A stretch of 49,898 bases of DNA from Octopus bimaculoides (GCF_001194135.2 NC_068981.1:78667681-78717578); one strand, 5' to 3'. Numbered from the stretch's first letter, positions 1-12,294 are shown. Translations and numbers: made by a program. Notes: a model not told the origin generated them from the letters alone.

Positions 1-1620
1 CCTAGCCCGGTCCAGACACCGGACAATACAGTGAGAGCAGCTTTCACTCACATCGTGGTATTCGATGCTGTGTACGTGTCTGTCGTGGTAAAATATGCTA
101 CTCCTTAACTGTTGCTTTGATTTCATCCGTAGCACGAGGTAATTATGTCATTATCTGTGAAATTCGGCAACTTACAAAGATCTTTAGATCAGGCAATACT
201 TCACCGAGAGGAGATATAAGCTTCTGCTTATTCCTGTCTGAAGTATTCAATTACTGGCATATTCAACATTGTTCATTGTATTTGTAATCAATGCGCTAGC
301 ATTACTGCCACAGCCTTGAGCACCCACTTGCGCGCGCACACACACACGCAACTCTTATGCCTCTACTGCCTTGTTTTTCAACACGTCTGTGCCAGCTCAA
401 CTCTTTTCAGGACTCGATGTACGTCGGATGTTCACATGCTCTGCACTCATGTTAGACATAATTTCCTTCTGTCAGACTCCTGTTTGGTCACGTAATGAAT
501 GGAGAAAATTACCTGTCTCGCGCATCACTCCTGCATGCTTCACTATCGTTCTTGCTAACCTCAGCATTCACCCACGACAACAGCACCAGGCACATTTCAC
601 TTCTGAAAAACCTTCAAGGCATTTCACACACTGCAATCCTGCAGGAAGATTTTCGATATCATGGATTGAGAATACACTCGCTCGCTCACCTGAGCTTATT
701 TTACTGTGAGATTTTGATACGTGCACCTGCACTCGTATATATGCCCTCACGCGCCAACTCATTTTCCGTACTGCCCAGTCACTGACTGCACATATTTTGG
801 CACGCAAAGTGACACCGCTATTCAGACTCACTTGAATAAATATCTGTCCCGTATACACTTTAATGATCCTCTTTCCTGGTATGCAAGATTTTTCCTCGAT
901 CGTTCTTTTCTTTTTCTCGTAACCTCTCTGGAGGGGGGGGGGGTGATGTAGTGGCTTCATGCAAGCATAGCGTGGATTCGATCCTCGATAGCCAATTTTC
1001 ACTTAACAGTTCAACAGCACTTTTCTCACGATAATACAATGATTTTTATGTGAGTGACAGCAGTTACATTTGCCAGATGCCTTTGCTAAGCAAAATAATG
1101 TCTTTGCAACTTCACTCTTCTAGGCCACCAAAAGCTAGAATTGAGGTAACAGGTATCACCTACGAAATTTATTGTTCTCAACAATATGTCCCTTGTGACT
1201 AGTTTTGGATAGTTATAGAAACAAGAACTCCGTAAGCCAAAGTCAGTTAGTGAGAACCGAGTCTGACTGACCAGCTGAACAAAACGCCGTCTCTAAAGGA
1301 AAAGGCACAAAGGGACAACTATGGTAACTCACCAACGAAGCAGTTGTTTCCTCCCACCACTCTCACTTTCACTAGAACTTTACTCCATCGCTATCTGTAG
1401 GTTACTTCTACACAATGACGAGAACACAAACACCAACTATGCAAGAAGTTAACTTCCTTTATCTCGCATGCCCTTCCACATTTATGCACCACGCCACACT
1501 TTTTCACCATTACCGTTACATTTTGGAGACACTGAGTTAGAATTGCAGCCTTCACCTTCGTATGAACAGTTGTCGCATCCATAGATTAAACACGCATACA
1601 TATATACGCGCGCGTGCGAC

Positions 1621-1763
1621 GAGCTTCCTTCAGTTTCCAAGGCCACTCACAAAGTTTTGATCAGCAGAGCTATAGTAGAAGACACTTGCCCAAGATGCTA
1701 CACAATGAGACCTAAACCGGAACCATTTTGTCAGGAAACAAATTTTTTGCCACACAGCCACGC
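1621..1763 (-). mobile_element. tRNA-derived SINE (head plus CORE-like segment), 3' part missing
   Basis: The reverse complement starts gcgtggctgtgtgg (A-box-like) and continues ggttccggtttagg and cttgggcaagtgtcttctactatagc. The cttgggcaagt motif resembles the CORE domain. Homologous to the copy at 29398-29555. Confidence 0.8.
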
Positions 1764-2032
1764 TTACACACACACACACACACACACACGCGCGCACATT
1801 GATATCTTATAGTAGGAACAAAGTTTAAAACAGGAAATATTACAACTAACAATACTTCCAAGCTAAGTTTATTGTTTCGTGGAATCAGTATAAAGTTCAA
1901 GACATAACTTCAATTTGGTTTCAGACTTGGCCCAACAGCATTTTAGTGAGTCACTGACTTTGTTTCCTTATAACATTCTGGAAAATTCTTTTAATAAATA
2001 AGTTTTTGGAAAGATACATTTTCGAGGATGTA

Positions 2033-2666
2033 CAGGGTGGCCCGTAAGTCCTACCCGTCCACGTTATTCAATACGATTCTTTCTCGAGGAAAAAGTGATG
2101 ATTACGGACGAGTGCGCAATTTACCGTTCGAGTCGGGCGCGAAATGTTTACTTCTGGGTAAAGGAGAACCCTCATTATTATGAAGAGATTGAATACAATA
2201 CTCTGCATGCCATGATGTGGGCAGCATTTAATGCGCGTCATGTTATTGGACCATACTTTTTTGACGGGTCAGTTAACCATACTTCATATCTCAATATGTT
2301 ACAACTACGGTTTATACAGAAACTCGATGAACTTGAAATCAGAGAGAAGATTTGGTTTCAACTAGATGGAGATCCGGCTCATTATGCCCTCACTGTGCGA
2401 GATCATCTTAATGACACTTTTCCAGACAAATGGATAGGTCGTGGTTCTGTAACATCCCCGGCGCCCATGAAATGGCCCGCAAGAAGTCCGGACAACATGA
2501 GATAACTCTCTTTGAAGATACATAAAGGACATTGTGCCTAAGCAACGTTATAATTCCAATGATGAATTGAAGGCAGCTGTTACCGCGACATTTGAAACAA
2601 TAACCCCTGCCCTGTTGAGGGAAATGTCTCACAGAACATGGTGTCACATATTATGCAGCGAGACTG

Positions 2667-2697
<31 letters not shown>

Positions 2698-2743
2698 TGG
2701 ATACATAAGATATATGGATGGGTAGGAATTTACGGGCCACCAG
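2033..2743 (+). mobile_element. Internally deleted Tc1/mariner-superfamily element (DD41D/rosa-VS-like)
   Basis: Left TIR cagggtggcccgtaagtcctacccgtcc (2033-2060) follows TA. An imperfect right TIR ggatgggtaggaatttacgggccaccag lies at 2716-2743. The transposase catalytic core lies between them. Confidence 0.9.
2095..2680 (+). pseudogene. Transposase catalytic domain fragment, frameshifted
   Basis: Motifs ITDEC, GPYFFDG, FQLDGDPAHY, WIGRG and WPARSPD, then a frameshift to DNSL*RYIKDIV and ELKAAVTATFETIT. The N-terminal DNA-binding domain is absent. Confidence 0.9.
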
Positions 2744-2925
2744 ATTATGCTAAAATTTAGCATAAGTAGAAAAATTCCAGGTCGGGACTTTCAGCGTCCT
2801 CCTCTTATCAACTTCGTTAGCACTTTTGTGTTCTCGTTGTGCCTGGTGCACCACTTTCCATCTGTAATTTATGCTACTTGTATCTGTGGGTCACATGCAC
2901 TAAGTGAGGCAGGTAGTCTGCAACG

Positions 2926-2977
2926 GGACAGCGCTTAAATGGCTGGAATTTGGACAGCGCTTAAATGGCTGGAATTT
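2926..2977. repeat. Perfect 26-bp tandem duplication
   Basis: ggacagcgcttaaatggctggaattt occurs twice in tandem. Confidence 0.95.
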
Positions 2978-3171
2978 GGCCAGCTTGATGCGAATGGTAG
3001 CTGTCCAGTGAGACAGTGGCCCATCCCTATGTCGAAAGCATCTCTTAGTGCCAATTTGAGTACCGGTTTATAACCGGTAAACAGCTGCTTTCCTTGTTCT
3101 ACTGCGATGAGGCAAAGCTGCGGTGTTCTGTGCATGTTACAAGTTTGGGTAGGGTTAGTATGGGAGACCGT

Positions 3172-3403
3172 GGAGGCGCAATGGCCCAGTGGTTAGGGCA
3201 GCAGACTCGCGGTCATAGGATTGCGGTTTCGATTCCCAGACCGGGCGTTGTGAGTGTTTATTGAGCGAAAACACCTAAAAGCTTCCACTACAACTTTCTC
3301 TCACTCTTACTTTCTGTTTTTGTTGTGCCCGTAATTCAAAGGGTCAGCTTGTCACACTGTGTCACGCTGAATATCCCCAAGAAATACGGTAAAGGTACAC
3401 GTC
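3172..3403 (+). mobile_element. tRNA-derived SINE (second family), internally deleted
   Basis: A-box tggcccagtgg and B-box-like ggtttcgattccc, followed by the non-tRNA body gcgttgtgagtgtttattgagcgaaaacacc. Confidence 0.8.
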
Positions 3404-3504
3404 GTATACGTCGGTTTTGTTTTTTTCACTTTAAGGGTAGTTATGTTATTTTGTTGGGATTAATCCACCTTTAAAGTGAAAAAAACAAAACCGACGTATA
3501 CGAC
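3401..3504. repeat. Long hairpin / MITE-like inverted repeat
   Basis: 38-bp arms (3401-3438 and 3467-3504) with one mismatch and a 28-bp spacer. Confidence 0.9.
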
Positions 3505-4759
3505 AGGTGTGTAAAATATATTTGTGTACTTTTTCTGTTTATTCTTAATCTTCGTGTTTTTGCAAGATTGAAAAAAAAGTTTCTCTATTTAACCGTGCGT
3601 GTATATTCCTATTTTTGCTCCTGTTCCCTTCTACTTCTCTACTAGAAACGTTTACTTTGGAATTTACTTCTATTGAGAAAAAAAAAATCGTGTGCATGTT
3701 ATTTTTAACGAAAGTTTTCTTATGACGGCTTCTCTTCACTGTCTAGAAATCTACGGATGCACATACGCACATAATAGAGAAAAATGAAACAAATATGGAC
3801 GACTTGCTCCGAAACACCACCGAGTGGGGGANNNNNNNNNNNNNNNNNNNNNNNNNNNNNNNNNNNNNNNGGGGAACGCTTCTCAAAAATAACCTGCAGT
3901 TGTTTCCTTCAAAATTCCTACATGCTCGAAATGTACATACATCAAGGTATATTTGTAGAAAATTTCACGAAAAAATATTAATTTTCCTGGAAGTGAAGAG
4001 GAATTTAAGTGGACTCTGTTGGAATTTCCGAAAATTGTCCCCCACCCCCATTCCAAAACACTTTCACCGGAAATTTTTGCATATTCGGATTCTACATAGT
4101 AAATACTATATGCATAGAAAATTTCATTAAAATAATTCATTTTTCTGAAAGTTATGACCTCCCAAAGTCTGGGGGGTAAAACCCTGTAGTTATGCCAAAA
4201 CTATTTTGAAAACAACTTTTGACTACTTTATGAATTTCAGTAGCGGAATTTTTCTCAAGATTTGTTTCTGAAACTTTGCCGCATGTCAAAGTTTACCCTC
4301 TCTTAGATGAACTGCCTAGTCAGACTGACGAGTTCCAGCTATCCGACGTATTAGTTATAAGGTAACAGCACAGGCCTTCCCTTCTTCTCCTGCCAGTACA
4401 AACAGTTCCGTCGGACATTGAGGCTAGGATGCGTGCGAAGACCAAGAGTTAGATTTTGGTTATCAGAAGCTATCTGGTACAAGCCAAGGAATATTCGTAT
4501 GGCTAAATTTCTACTATTCATGACAGATCCCTCTGACAATTAAAATTCCTGGCCACAAGGGCTAATATAAATCAAAGACATGTAAGGACAAAGACATGGA
4601 CGAAGGTTACAAAGGGTTTTGTCCGAAAGGTAGAAAACGTTCGTGTAAACAGTTAGGAAAACAGAGAAAGATATAACAAATAAAACTCCCAATAGGGGGA
4701 GGCGCGTCGAAAGGTTACACGTGGAAAAACCCATAAAAGCCACGGGAGCCTAGGGGAGG

Positions 4760-4874
4760 GATCAGTCAATTAGATCAGGCCTCAGTGCTCGACTGGTATT
4801 TATGTACTTATTTTATCGATTTCGAAAAGATGAAAGGCAGAGTCGACCTCGACGGAATTAGAACTCAAACTGTA
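4760..4874 (-). mobile_element. Major-family SINE fragment
   Basis: tacttattttatcgatttcgaaaagatgaaaggcagagtcgacctcgacggaattagaactc matches the core shared by the other copies in the window. Confidence 0.8.
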
Positions 4875-4928
4875 AACCTAACCCTAACCCTAACTCTAAC
4901 CCGGACCCTGACCCTAACCCTAACACTA
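4875..4928. repeat. Degenerate interstitial (CCCTAA)n tract
   Basis: cctaaccctaaccctaactctaacccggaccctgaccctaaccctaac. Confidence 0.85.
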
Positions 4929-5111
4929 GTTTTGTGAGATTTGGCTGTTATTTCTAGGTAAATAGCCTACTTGGTGGGGGGGGGGGNNNNNNNNNNNNNN
5001 NNNNNNNNNNNNNNNNNNNNNNNNNNNNNNNNNNNNAAGGTTCAGATTACATATAGTCCGTCTCTACCAAAAAATGGTTTCAAATTTTCGCACTTGGTCA
5101 GCAATTTCAGA

Positions 5112-5660
5112 GAGGGGGGGGGGAAGTCAATTATATTGACCCCAGTGATTAACTGGAACTCATTTTATCGACCCCGAAAGGATAAAAGGCAAAGTTGGCC
5201 TCGGCAGAATAAATCCTTAAATAATAATAGTAACTGTTTCTCATATAGGCACAATGCCAGCAATTTTGAGGAGGTATTTGTTGACACTATCGAAACCGTT
5301 TGTCGACAGGACTTAATTTCATAGACTCTAAAAGGCAGAATAGATATCTGATGGATTTGAATTCATAATGCAAAGAACCGGAAGAAATACCACAAAAAAT
5401 TTCTTCCAATGCTCAAATGATTCTGCCAGCATGCTGCCAAAAATGATAATTCTTTCAAATTTGAGCACAAAGCCAGCAATGTTAAGGGAAAGCGGGGCTA
5501 GTCATCTACACCGACCCCAGTGCTCAGCAAGTATTTCATTTTATCGATTCCGAAAGAGTGAAAGGCGAAGTCAACTTTGGTGGGATTTGAACTCAGAACC
5601 TAAAAACGGATGAAATGTCACAAAACATTTCGTCTGACATGCTAACGATTCTGCCAACTA
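5112..5660 (-). mobile_element. Cluster of nested/adjacent major-family SINE copies
   Basis: Core at 5140-5213, head at 5357-5437 (gattctgccagcatgctgcc), and a near-complete copy at 5450-5660. Confidence 0.75.
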
Positions 5661-7479
5661 TTAACCATTAAGGTTTAGCAAAAACATTGGGAACATTGCT
5701 GAGTGATACATTGAGATTACACATAGTGATAGAATAGTGGTACAAAAGGAAAGAAAAAAAAAGGTGAAAAAAGATGATTTTAAAAGAATAAGAGATATAA
5801 CATCTTACCTTGAGAATTAACATCCACTCGTCTAGAAAGAAGAAATCCCAGTTAACTCAGTTATATACATTGATTTTCAACAAGGGAAAGAAAATCTATG
5901 ATGCGCGCGCACACACGCACGCAGAGCTGCAGCCGAAATTACAAATTGGTTCATACATAATAACGAACTTTTCATAAAATGTGAAGATATTCCACTAATT
6001 AGCCTGCAATTACAATCCAAATAATGCAAATGTATGTATTTATACATGTATGCAAATGTGCAAGTATGTATAAATATATCGCAATAAAATGTGTTTATAT
6101 CTTTTACAAATAATAAGTACATCGAATTTATTGACTAAATCTGATGTGATAATTATTCTTCTCATTGTCGTAATCATCATCGTAAAAACTTGCATGTGAT
6201 AAATAACATGCGAAAACGAGCTCGCATGTGTCTTCGTTCGACGTACTTCAGTGACCAAGTAGTCGGGCTAGATTTAAGTTGGAAGAATGTATTTGTGCGT
6301 GTGTGCTGGGTAAGAGAGAGTGAATGAGGGAGGAAAAGGAAAGTTGTGATGGTACAAAAGTATGTGAATGTGAGTGACGTTGGGACAAAAACTAAACAGT
6401 TCACCCTGCCTCCCTACAAATACAAAATTCTAATTAATAAAAGCAATGAAATTTAAAAAAATTAACTATCTTCTCTTTCACTCAAGTGTGTGTGTACGGA
6501 AAATATTAAACTTTCTGACTCGATGAAGCGAAAATGCTCATGTGAAAGTATGCGCATCTACATCAGAATCACTATCATCGTCGTCGTTTGAGGGAGATAG
6601 GTTCACAACTTAGTCGTCGTGGTTGTTGTTGTTAAGTCACAAGTCAGCCCTCAGGATTCTGAATGAGATTTTGCTGCAGTTTTTAGCAAATCGTGCGACC
6701 ACATAGTGATCATCTTTCCGTCTCGTACTCCGTGTGCGCGGTGGACTGCTTGAACATCACACTACCAGTCCAATTATTTCCTCCAGTACATCAGAGATTT
6801 GGAGTTTTGATGTAAGAAATCAGTTATAAATGTCGAAAAGGCGGATGTTCTGCTGTATTCAGTAGATGCTAGTAAATACTTTCACAATGTTGAGATCCAT
6901 AACCAAAATCCAAACAAATCCAAAGATATTTATGCATAAGCAAGTATCCTTAACACGTAATAGTTAATTTTGTTCGTTATATTCCGCTTTCTCTCCTTGA
7001 CTATTATTCATCCTTCAAGGGTCCATAAAATAGATTAAGCAGTCATGTAGTGTAACAACATCGATAGATTTCGCTTGATGCTACATTCCTACAGACACGA
7101 AGCTGTTGCCTCTACTGTTTCCGCAGTTAAAATACATTAATACCTTATAATAATAATTTTACATTTATTTTTCCAGTAATATATGGTTTTGTTACTTTAA
7201 TTTTTGTACTATTCATATGCTTATAACTGTATGTTTATTTACATAAGATTTAGTTTATCATTCTGATTACTACATACAACTGTTCAAGCTGGTGTGTACC
7301 ATTCCTGTGTTTATCACTATAAAGAAACACTTGCAATACTACTCACAAGTAAAGTAGGTTCCTTGTGAACCTTATTATTTATGTATATGTTTATTGTTTT
7401 CCGTGAAAAATATGAAAATTCCAAGTTATAAATTCGATATAACTGATTATACATATCCACCTCCACACTTCACTCTAAA

Positions 7480-7930
7480 ATGTAGCGCCTTGTGCCTAAG
7501 TTAGAAATCGTTATCATATATATAATATAATTATCTCTAAAAGACGGTGAATTGTCGGTATCGTGAGCGCGTCGAACAAAATGTTTTACAGGATTTAGTT
7601 ATTTCAAATCCCACAGATAAATTTTTCATTTCTCCCGCTTGGGAAAGTGGTCAATAAAATAAATTAAAATAAAATACAAATTATTCAAGTCCTGGATTCG
7701 ACTTCATCCACCTGTCCCCACCATCAAATAATTGTCTGCCTATGCTTAAATTAGAATTATTATGATCTGCGGTTCAAAGAATTAATGATTATGATGTTGA
7801 GTTCAGATCCTACCGAGGTCAATTTTACCTTTTATCACCCCAAAATCGATAAAATAAAAATACCAGTCTAACATGGAGTCGACATAATTGGTTATTGTCT
7901 CCTATTAAACTGTGCCGAAATTACAAACAA
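7480..7930 (+). mobile_element. Highly decayed SINE fragments
   Basis: Remnants such as gagttcagatcctaccgaggtcaattttacctttta and gccttgtgcctaagttagaaa. Confidence 0.55.
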
Positions 7931-8856
7931 GTATGATTATCTCTAGTGATTCTCAACCATTTTTTTTACCTATGCCACCCCACTTTGATTTCTGTTTCAC
8001 TCGGGTGGACTCGACAACCATTCGTTGTTTAAAACAATCCTATTACATTTTTATAATTAGTTGTTATTAGGAATTGTTTTTAAAAATGTTAAAATATTTT
8101 GTGTATTGTAGAAGTGTAAGCAATTTATTTCACATAAAATTTAATAACAAAATCTTATATGGACTCCTGTTGAGAAAGGATAATGAATAAACAGAATCGT
8201 CAGAGAGTTGGACAAGAGGCCATAACGGTATGTATTTATGGCTCTCTGCGATCAGGGTTCAAATCCTGGGACCGATAAGATATTGCATCAAGTATTGAGT
8301 TCGATATGATTAACTGACACCTTTCCCCTAAATTTCTGGCTGTGTACCACAATCAGGGTTGGATTAAGACTCAAAGAGGCCTTAAACGCTTAAAAGATTT
8401 TGGTCCCCACCATACATATGTAATTCAAAATATAAATAATAATAAACAATAAAATAAATTTTATTTTTCAAAATGAACCAAAACTAACAGTTAGATGGAA
8501 AATAATGTTTTTCCTTGTATACTTCCACTTTATATTTGAAAAGTTTTCTCCTACTTCTCTTTTAACTGCGAAGTCTTTAATCAGATTCTCAAAATTAATC
8601 TTACGTAGAGATAAGGCATCCCGAATACTATTTTAGTAAGTTGAAAGTGATTTCTTTCCTACTGCGAGCCATTTTCCACTTCTGTGGTGTCCGCCTTCTC
8701 TTGATGCCCTAAACACGTAATAATTTCTAATGCAGAAATTACAAGGTAGATTTTTTTTCTAATTTGTATAATATATTTGGGTTTTTTTTTTTAATATGAA
8801 ATTATTCCCACGTGCTCTGAGTTCAAATCTCTCAACAGCTCAATAAAAATTAAATC

Positions 8857-9190
8857 CGAAGGGGTACTTGAAAGTTCCTGACTTTGGGTAAGAGAAAATA
8901 CAGGAGGGTCAGTTCTCTCAGATTCACACATTTATTGCAGTGGTCCTTCAGTTTTTCTAAGCCCTGTAAAAGAACTCGGAAGGTTGGGCCTCCAGCCAGG
9001 CCTTTCGTGACATCCTTAAAACCAGGAACTTTTCAGCAAGTTTCAGTCAAAAAACAGAGAGATGATAAGATACAGCAGTTCACTAAGAGATGTATCCTTC
9101 TTCTATGTCGAAGGTTTTCAATCATACCCCTGACTCCGGCTGCCGCGCTATCGCGACGCTAAACGGGAGCTCACTTTCAGTTTTAGTACT
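8857..9190 (-). mobile_element. Non-autonomous mariner derivative
   Basis: Inverted motifs tacttgaaagttcctgacttt (8864-8884) and aaaaccaggaacttttcagca (9018-9038). The minus strand encodes a mariner C-terminus (LQGLEKLKDHCNKCVNLR). Confidence 0.7.
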
Positions 9191-9194
9191 GATT

Positions 9195-9320
9195 CTTGCC
9201 TGCTGAATGAACAGGAGCAACGTTAAGTAAATGGGCGTGCTCAAGAACACAACACGCCAGAAATCGAACCCATGACCTTATGATCGATTGTCCAACTACT
9301 TAAACACAAGGTCACGCGCT
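9195..9320 (-). mobile_element. tRNA-derived SINE, decayed
   Basis: The reverse complement has B-box gggttcgatttc followed by gtgttgtgttcttgagcacg. Confidence 0.65.
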
Positions 9321-9654
9321 TTCTTTCAAGTAAACACTGAATTAGCCCGTAAAGGAGCCCTTTCATCTTGCCAAAATGTGTTACCTTGTGCAATTATTCA
9401 GTGCTGTAGCCTTGCGGGAACAAGTGGGAACGGTGTCCCCTTTACTTTTTTGTCGTTCCTTCACTATTTTACATAAATTCAGGTTTTAAAATGTCTACTG
9501 TATTAAAATTTGTCCGCCTTAAAAGAAATATGAGAAAAACTCATCAACTGCTTCAGTACTTTTTCTCCAGCTGAGGTAGTGCTTGCTTATAAACTGCAAA
9601 AGAAATCCCCCAAAATCTGAGATTGGATTTAAAATATAAAAACTGATCTGAAAT

Positions 9655-9849
9655 GTTGCTACAAGGCCAGCAATTTAGTGTGGGATGGGATAAGAGGATC
9701 ACATCGATCCCAGTGCTCAACTAGTACTTATTCTATCGACCCCGAAAGAACAGAAGGCAAAGTTGACTGCGGCGGAATTTGAACTCAGAACATGAAGACA
9801 GATGAAATGCCGCTAAGCATTTTACCCGGCTTGTTAGCGATTCTGCCAA
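9655..9849 (-). mobile_element. Major-family SINE, near full length
   Basis: Tail caaggccagcaattt, core ttctatcgaccccgaaag...ggcggaatttgaactcagaac, head gattctgcca. Confidence 0.85.
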
Positions 9850-10329
9850 AGATTCTTGTTATCACTTATACTGCTATTGTTGTTGTTGAGTTTTACATTA
9901 TCTAGTCTTTCACTTTCTCATAGTTTTACTTCGGGTGATGACATTTTAGTATTCCTTGACACACGTGCTGTTACCCATTCAAGTAACAAACAGGTACATA
10001 GACTGTAAACGCATACAGAGATGTCCTTTGTATGTGAAAATGGCATTTTCATCATCATCTCGCTCACATACGCCCGTACGCGTACGCTAGCACAGAAATA
10101 AGAACGCGCATGCATGAAAATGCATGTTCACTAACAAAATTCCCCATACGCTTGATGAAAGCGATTGTTTCAATAAAGGGAGAGATGTGTTGGCAGAATA
10201 CATTCACACATAAATAAATTGATCAGATAGGTCAAGTGAGAGAACAAATGTTTATTCCATTAGTTAACAACTATTTCATAATCGATGTGTAAGGAACGAT
10301 TGTGCGAACTCAAAAAGGGAATAACATTT

Positions 10330-10552
10330 TTATGACCGCCCAGCAGTAACTCTATTCAGCTGAATAGACGTCAGTGATTGGTTGAAATTACAGAAATACG
10401 ACAACTTTAACATGAAATAACTTGCGATGTAGATTTTTTTGTTAAGAAGACTAAGAGTAAAAGATGTTTTATATGACACATTCTACCAGTGTCCCAAGTT
10501 TCAAAGTGTTTTGTTAAGAAAATACTGGTGCCCCCGTTTTGAACAAGATCCC
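10330..10552. mobile_element. Single arm of the foldback family seen at 48851-49632
   Basis: Reverse complement of 48880-49060 (e.g. aatagacgtcagtgattggttgaaattacagaaatacgacaac). Ends in actggtgcccccgttttgaacaagatcc. Confidence 0.85.
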
Positions 10553-11039
10553 TTTCCAGAATGTTCAGGATACAAGGGTTGTAAATAGAGTTCGTTTGAG
10601 TACCAAATTTACACACTCCCTGGCTGTTAACAATGTCTTGTTTTTTGGGGTTTTTTTAAACATTCCATGCTCAACCTGGATATGTGTTATGTCTGGCAGA
10701 TATGAATCGATGTATACATATTCTAATGTTTAATCAAGCTAAACTATCAATCCTTTGTATCCAGCTTAACAGGTATGTTACAGTATATTTCTCACGATTG
10801 TACTGACTTGATGTGAAGATTGGTATAATTCTTGACCAAATGTAAATACGATTTACGCGATGTAAATAAACTCATGAGTTATTGTTCATATGGTGTTGTT
10901 GCCTCATTACACGCAATCTCATATACATCATCATCATCAGCAACATATATACGACAGGACCAAGCAACAACAACCACCACACGGCATTGTAGCGAGACTC
11001 GAAACTGAATCGCCACAAATATATGTATGCATACGAGTT

Positions 11040-11240
11040 TCTTTCCGTGTTTTTCTCCTTTTTTTCTCTCTCCGTGTTTCTCTTCTTGTTTCTTTCCGTG
11101 TTCCTTTCTGTGGAAGAGCGTAGGCTCGAAACGTTAAAGACTTTTTTCACTTCCCGAGCGTTATACTAATACATCTGTTTGTTTTCTACATCACCTGTCT
11201 TCGGCATTTGTTTGTTTTTTTTGTGAATTCTCCCTATATA
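11040..11240 (+). mobile_element. Penelope-like element terminal segment with degenerate hammerhead motif
   Basis: cttt CTGTGGA A GAGC gtag GCTC GAAA CGT T aaag at 11104-11139 has the layout of minimal Penelope-associated hammerheads. Confidence 0.65.
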
Positions 11241-11938
11241 TANNNNNNNNNNNNNNNNNNNNNNNNNNNNNNNNNNNNNNNNNNNNNNNNNNNNNNNNNN
11301 NNNNNNNNNNNNNNNNNNNNNNNNNNNNNNNNNNNNNNNNNNNNNNNNNNNNNNNNNNNNNNNNNNNNNNNNNNNNNNNNNNNNNNNNNNNNNNNNNNNN
11401 NNNNNNNNNNNNNNNNNNNNNNNNNNNNNNNNNNNNNNNNNNNNNNNNNNNNNNNNNNNNNNNNNNNNNNNNNNNNNNNNNNNNNNNNNNNNNNNNNNNN
11501 NNNNNNNNNNNNNNNNNNNNNNNNNNNNNNNNNNNNNNNNNNNNNNNNNNNNNNNNNNNNNNNNNNNNNNNNNNNNNNNNNNNNNNNNNNNNNNNNNNNN
11601 NNNNNNNNNNNNNNNNNNNNNNNNNNNNNNNNNNNNNNNNNNNNNNNNNNNNNNNNNNNNNNNNNNNNNNNNNNNNNNNNNNNNNNNNNNNNNNNNNNNN
11701 NNNNNNNNNNNNNNNNNNNNNNNNNNNNNNNNNNNNNNNNNNNNNNNNNNNNNNNNNNNNNNNNNNNNNNNNNNNNNNNNNNNNNNNNNNNNNNNNNNNN
11801 NNNNNNNNNNNNNNNNNNNNNNNNNNNNNNNNNNNNNNNNNNNNNNNNNNNNNNNNNNNNNNNNNNNNNNNNNNNNNNNNNNNNNNNNNNNNNNNNNNNN
11901 NNNNNNNNNNNNNNNNNNNNNNNNNNNNNNNNNNNNNN

Positions 11939-12294
11939 GTCAGCGCTAGAAGAAAAACGACCATCTTTAGTTTCAAGACGAAAAGTATTCTTCCATGAGG
12001 ATAATGCTCGGCCACATGCAGCGAGGATGACATTCCAAAGGCTGGAGCAGTTTGAATGGGAAACGATACCTCACCCGCCATATTCGCCGGACATTCCGCA
12101 GTCTTCAAAATCATTTGGACGGAAAAAAATATAAATTCTGTAGACGAGATCAGAACAGTACTGGAGGAGTATTTTTCGTCACGAACAAGTGAATTTTGGA
12201 AGAGGGGCCTTGCAAGTCTACCAAATAGATGGAAGAGCATTATAAAAAATGAAGGAGAAGTATAAAAAACCGCATTATTTATGAGATAACTCAA
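11939..12294 (+). pseudogene. Mariner (DD34D-type) transposase 3' part with right TIR
   Basis: FHEDNARPH and PHPPYSPDI; a deletion removes the third Asp; then SLQNHLDG...RGLASLPNRW...EGE. TIR aaaccgcattatttatgagataactcaa followed by TA. The left part is in a gap. Confidence 0.9.

Noticed and set aside
371-1002. Overlapping ORFs of 76-144 aa on both strands
   Set aside because: No recognisable motif or convincing splice context; lengths are compatible with chance.
3061-3079. Near-palindrome taccggtttataaccggta
   Set aside because: Short, single, and with no supporting context.
3172-3250. Possible tRNA gene
   Set aside because: No closing acceptor stem, and it runs into a SINE body.
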